A stretch of DNA of 63,992 nucleotides, counting the filler, from Acidimicrobiia bacterium (GTDB lineage: Bacteria > Actinomycetota > Acidimicrobiia > Spongiisociales > CAZKJJ01), in the NCBI GenBank assembly GCA_046759765.1. It is 11 parts of 11 records of this genome, joined end to end, with 100 filler letters (N's around TTAATTAATTAA, not from the genome) between each part and the next. Parts side by side here need not be neighbours in the genome. Positions count along the whole stretch, not along the records: positions 55,715 to 61,558 come from JBHICV010000147.1; positions 61,659 to 63,992 come from JBHICV010000269.1; 9 more parts are not named here. One strand, 5' to 3'. A program made the position numbers and the translations under genes. The notes beneath the pieces are model-generated. The model was given only the letters and a program-made list of their open reading frames with translations. It ran no database searches and was not told the origin of the DNA. Positions within the stretch are counted from its first letter, which is position 1; every line of letters begins with the position of its first letter. Shown here one piece after another: positions 59,905 through 63,992 of this stretch.

Positions 59905-60030
59905 TGGGCATTAGCCGACCGACCATGTCAGGTCAGCGGTCTATCGCCCAGCCGGTCGGCTCTCAGCCCCGAGAGACGTATGAGCAGCGAATGGCCAGCT
60001 CAAGGTAGGAGGGACAGAAACGACCGACCG

Positions 60031-60396
60031 TCAGTCGCTGGTCTCGTCGGACTCTGATTCGCTCCCGGCATCCGAACCTGATTCGCTGGCGGCGTCTAGA
60101 TGATCTGTGTCACTAACAGCGGTATCAGGGAATGAACGGGTCTCAGCCGGCGCGCTGGCTTCGGTCGTCTTGTCTCGGAGATCGTGAGCCACCGTGCGAT
60201 CCGTTCCGGCTTCCGGCATGACAATCCAGAGAACGATGTAGACGATCACACCGAGGCCGCCGAAGAAGATGGACAGCGCCCATATGACCCTCACGATCGT
60301 GCGGTTGATACCGAAGAAATCGGCAACTCCCGACGCGACACCAGCGATGACCTTGTCGTTAGGGTTACGTTCGAGCCGGCGGGCTTGCTCGCTCAT
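60031..60396 (-). CDS. PspC domain protein
   Basis: RLERNPNDKVIAGVASGVADFFGI...VYIVLWIVMP; acidic tail. Confidence 0.92.
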   Translation of the reverse strand: MSEQARRLERNPNDKVIAGVASGVADFFGINRTIVRVIWALSIFFGGLGVIVYIVLWIVMPEAGTDRTVAHDLRDKTTEASAPAETRSFPDTAVSDTDHLDAASESGSDAGSESESDETSD

Positions 60397-60549
60397 GGGC
60401 TACCCCCCTCTCTGCGGCCAGTGGACACAGATTGCGTCCGGAACGACCCTAACCATCACTACACCCGCTCGCCTTTCGTTCGGGGTCCAAATAGGCGTGG
60501 GTCCTGGTCCCGCTCCTTCGTTCGGCGATCCGCATGTGGCGCACCACAG

Positions 60550-60577
60550 GTCGCGCATATGTGCCGATATGGGCGGG
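60550..60577 (+). repeat. dif-like 11-6-11 site, copy 3
   Basis: GTCGCGCATAT-GTGCCG-ATATGGGCGGG. Confidence 0.8.
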
Positions 60578-60696
60578 TACGAGCAGCCGGAATTCTGGAA
60601 TCGGTGAGCCGCTGAGGCTGGCACTGCTTTCTTTCTGTGGGTTCAGGTGTCGTTGCTCACTCTCGTGCGATTTGTACGTGCGATGATGGCCTCACT

Positions 60697-61558
60697 GTGA
60701 CAGCGGCGATTCCGGAGCGAGAAACCCGCTACGTCAAGACCGACGGGGGGTATGTCGGCTATCAGGTATTTGGTTCCGGCCCGCTGGATCTGCTCTTCAT
60801 CCAGAACTGGTCACAGAACCTCGACGTGATGTGGCAGGAGCCTTCTCTCGCTCGCTACTTGGAGCGACTGGCCTGGTTTGCCCGCGTCATCTGTTTTAAC
60901 AACCGCGGTTCTGGTGTTTCGGACCCGCTGCCGATGTCGGCAGCGGCCATTCCCAGTCTGGACGCTTGGATGGACGACGTTCGAGCCGTGTTGGATGCTG
61001 CTGGTGCGGGCCATGCTGCGATCCTGGGAGATACCGAGGGCGGGCCGGTGGCCGTTCTCTTTGCTGCCACTTTCCCCGAGCGTGTCTCGTCGCTCGTGCT
61101 GGTGAACTCGTTCGCACGCTGGAAACCGGATGACTATTCGATCGGGATGCCACCCGATGCGTACACCAAGCTGATCGACCTCTATGAGGGTTATTGGGGC
61201 CAGGACGCCGACATGCTGGCGCTCACTGCCCCGAGCGTGATGGCGGATGCACGATTTCGCTCCTGGTTCACGACATATCAGCGTCTCTCCATACCTCCGG
61301 GATACGCCACCGCTTTCTACCGATGGGTCACGGGTCTCGACGTGCGACACGTGCCGGCCAGCGTCAGAACGCCGACCCTTGTGATCCACCGCTCAGGGAA
61401 CCTCCACCATCGGGTGGCGTTCGGTCGCTACCTGGCGGAACAGATCGCAAGCTCCCAATATGTGGAACTCGACGGTGCCGACTCCTATCCGTTCCATGCG
61501 GGTGACTTCTCGGAACTGCTCGACAAGGTCGAAGAGTTCCTCACCGGCGAACCCCAGC
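60697..61558 (+). CDS. Alpha/beta hydrolase fold protein (LipJ-like N-terminal domain; 3' truncated)
   Basis: ETRYV...GYQVFGSGPLDL, RGSGVSDP, GDTEGG, FAATFPERV, PTLVIHR, EEFLTG. Confidence 0.85.
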
Positions 61559-61658
61559 NNNNNNNNNNNNNNNNNNNNNNNNNNNNNNNNNNNNNNNNNN
61601 NNTTAATTAATTAANNNNNNNNNNNNNNNNNNNNNNNNNNNNNNNNNNNNNNNNNNNN

Positions 61659-62200
61659 TCGACGATTGCGTCAACGGAGCCCGGTATCTCGCAGGGCGGG
61701 AGTTGGTGGACGGCGGCCGCATGGCCATCCGGGGGGGGAGCGCCGGCGGGTACATCGCGCTGTGTGCTCTGACCTTCCGCAATGTCTTCGCCGCCGCTGC
61801 CAGCTACTACGGACTCAGCAATCTAGAGGCCTTTGTCGATGAGACCCACAAGTTCGAGTCTCGATACCTAGAGCGGCTGGTTGGTCCCTATCCCGAGAAG
61901 AGGGACCTCTACCGAGAGCGCTCGCCACTCCACTTTGCCCACCGCATCTCCCGACCCGCGATCTTCTTTCAGGGGTTGGATGACGAGATCGTGCCGCCCA
62001 GCCAAGCCGAGCAAATGGTCGAGGCGCTTCGCCATAAGGGACTGCCCGTGGCTTACATCGCCTTCGAGGGAGAGGGACACGGTTTCCGCCGCGGCGAGAA
62101 CCGCCAGCGTGCCCGGGAGGCCGAGCTGTATTTCTACTCCAGGGTCTTCCGTTTCGAGCCGGCAGATCCGGTGGAGCCCGTCGCCATCGAGAATCTTTGA
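61659..62200 (+). CDS. S9 family (prolyl oligopeptidase-like) peptidase, C-terminal part
   Basis: GGSAGG, THKFES, QGLDD, GEGHGFR catalytic triad. Confidence 0.92.
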
Positions 62201-62297
62201 ACAAGCGCCGCACCGACCGGATCCCGTACTTCGCACCCGCGCTACCCCCCAGATCCCGGCCCCGACAGATTCCAAGATACCGAGTGGAGGTCCCACC

Positions 62298-63401
62298 ATG
62301 CCGAGAGCACGAGATCTAGGAATCCCCCTCGAGGGCACGCCGGGACCGCTGAACGCCATCGTCGATGTCCAGGGTGTGGAGGTGGGTCATACGACTCTTC
62401 TCTCCGGCGAAGGCGCGTTGCAGGTAGGGAAGGGTCCCGTGAGAACTGGCGTCTCGGCCATCCTCCCACGAGGAAAAGCGAACGATCCTGTCTTCGCCGG
62501 CTGGTACTCTCTGAACGGCAATGGAGAGATGACGGGCACGACGTGGGTCGAGGAATCAGGCTTCTTGGAAGGCCCGGTCATGATCACGAACACGCACAGC
62601 GTGGGCGTTGTCCGAGACGCAGTGGTCACCTGGATGCACCATAGACGGCTCGACCACCCGAACTCTGCCGGCCCGTCTTGGAGCCTCCCCGTAGTCGCCG
62701 AAACCTACGATGGCAGATTGAACGACATCAACGGCTTTCATGTGAGAAAGGAGCATGTTTTCGAAGCTCTCAGCACCGCCTCGCCCGAGACTGTGGCAGA
62801 AGGGAATGTGGGCGGAGGCACCGGCATGGTGTGCCACGCCTTCAAGGGTGGCATCGGCACCGCGTCTAGAACCCTCGAGATCGAAGGCGATTCCTACACC
62901 GCAGGGACCTTGGTTCAAGCCAATTACGGAGCGAGGAGGAATCTGACGGTTGCTGGAGTGCCCGTGGGGCCAGAGATAACGGACCTGGAGCCTCTCTACC
63001 ATTCTGGCGATCCCAGTTCTGGGGGCGGATCCATCATCGTGGTGGTAGCCACCGATGCTCCCCTTCTGCCTCACCAGCTCAAACGACAGGCCAAGCGTGT
63101 GCCGCTAGGCATCGCCAGAGTCGGCGGATTGGGGGCAGACAGCTCTGGAGACATCTTTGTCGCCTTCGCCACGGCGAACCCGGGTGCGGCACAGGCTAGG
63201 GGACCCGCCAAGCTTCAGATGCTTCCCAACCACCAATTGACGTCGCTCTTCGAGGCCACCGTCCAGGCCACGGAGGAAGCGATCGTCAATGCCTTGGTCG
63301 CCGCGGAAACGATGACCGGCATCGACGGAAATACGGTCCACGCGCTTCCACACGACCGCTTGAGAGAAGTCTTGAAGAAGTACAATCGGTTGGAGACATG
63401 A
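62298..63401 (+). CDS. P1 family (DmpA-like) aminopeptidase
   Basis: RARDLGI, NAIVDVQGVEVGH, NGNGEMTG, EGNVGGGTGM, FKGGIGTASR, GSIIVVVATDAP. Confidence 0.93.
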   Translation: MPRARDLGIPLEGTPGPLNAIVDVQGVEVGHTTLLSGEGALQVGKGPVRTGVSAILPRGKANDPVFAGWYSLNGNGEMTGTTWVEESGFLEGPVMITNTHSVGVVRDAVVTWMHHRRLDHPNSAGPSWSLPVVAETYDGRLNDINGFHVRKEHVFEALSTASPETVAEGNVGGGTGMVCHAFKGGIGTASRTLEIEGDSYTAGTLVQANYGARRNLTVAGVPVGPEITDLEPLYHSGDPSSGGGSIIVVVATDAPLLPHQLKRQAKRVPLGIARVGGLGADSSGDIFVAFATANPGAAQARGPAKLQMLPNHQLTSLFEATVQATEEAIVNALVAAETMTGIDGNTVHALPHDRLREVLKKYNRLET

Positions 63402-63586
63402 CCTTCTACTCAGCCGATGCGACTCGCCGCCGACTCACCCGCCGCTCGGAGAGGGAGCCCCCATTCATCGCCCAAATGCCCCTCTTATCGTCGCTTTTGC
63501 TCCTCTCGTAGCCGGTTTGCCCCTCTCGTGGAGCCCAACTACCCTTTGGCACCCCAGCCTGCGGAGCGGCACAGCTGGAGGCGACG

Positions 63587-63992
63587 GTGAGCGCGGATCC
63601 AGCGCAGGAGGTGAGGAGTTCCGGCGGCTACGACGAATTCGGGTTCGTGGCCGAGTTCTACGACCACGTTGTCCCCTATCGAGAGCGCGACGATATCGCC
63701 TTCTGGGTCCAGATGGCCCACGACGCAGGCGGCCCCGTTCTCGAGGTGGGATGCGGCACAGGACGAGTCCTCATCCCCACAGCACGGGCTGGCATCCAGA
63801 TCACAGGCTTGGACCTGTCCTCGTCCATGCTGGCGGTCTGCCGCCATAAGCTCGCACACGAACCCGACGAAGTCCGAGCCCGCGTGAAGCTGCTAGAGGC
63901 CGACATGCGAGATTTCCACATCGAGCCTGAGTTCCGCCTGGCGACCACGCCCTTTCGCCCCTTCCAGCACCTGATCACCGTCGAGGACCAAC
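63587..63992 (+). CDS. Class I SAM-dependent methyltransferase (runs off window)
   Basis: GGAGG RBS; AEFYD...DDIAFW...VLEVGCGTGRV...GLDLSSSML...ADMRDF. Confidence 0.88.
   Translation, partial: MSADPAQEVRSSGGYDEFGFVAEFYDHVVPYRERDDIAFWVQMAHDAGGPVLEVGCGTGRVLIPTARAGIQITGLDLSSSMLAVCRHKLAHEPDEVRARVKLLEADMRDFHIEPEFRLATTPFRPFQHLITVEDQ

Noticed and set aside
56561..60577. The 28-bp repeats as a CRISPR array
   Set aside because: Spacing is 673-3316 bp with whole genes between copies; no cas genes

Overview
This window is not one continuous locus. It holds 11 short contigs (about 5.8-6.5 kb each, in descending length order; the last is cut by the window edge) joined by an artificial 100-nt linker (44 N + TTAATTAATTAA + 44 N), so gene neighbourhoods mean something only within a contig. 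The DNA is high-GC and actinobacterial (WhiB, DUF3107, DUF2469, Ku); Acidimicrobiia-like MAG is my inference. Most content is housekeeping or metabolic: trmD-rplS-lepB, thiI, metE with a SAM-I riboswitch, Ku and ligase, malic enzyme, boxC, haloalkane dehalogenase, an iodotyrosine-deiodinase-like nitroreductase, amine-oxidation genes, purine salvage, Tad pilins and tryptophanase. The most striking unexplained structure is three directly repeated 28-bp dif-like (11-6-11) sites in the contig at 55715-61558. They share an identical 20-bp core and bracket gene modules (sigma-70 + tryptophanase; PspC), suggesting a tyrosine-recombinase gene-cassette array. Other highlights are a promoter-bearing 5' half of tRNA-Arg(CCT) fused to att-like repeats, a 2OG-Fe(II) oxygenase + two methyltransferases + kinase cluster, a USP-USP-Rieske fusion, a P4-less SAM-I riboswitch with a readable translational switch, and several gene remnants. 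All family calls come from motif recognition by eye; no database searches were run.
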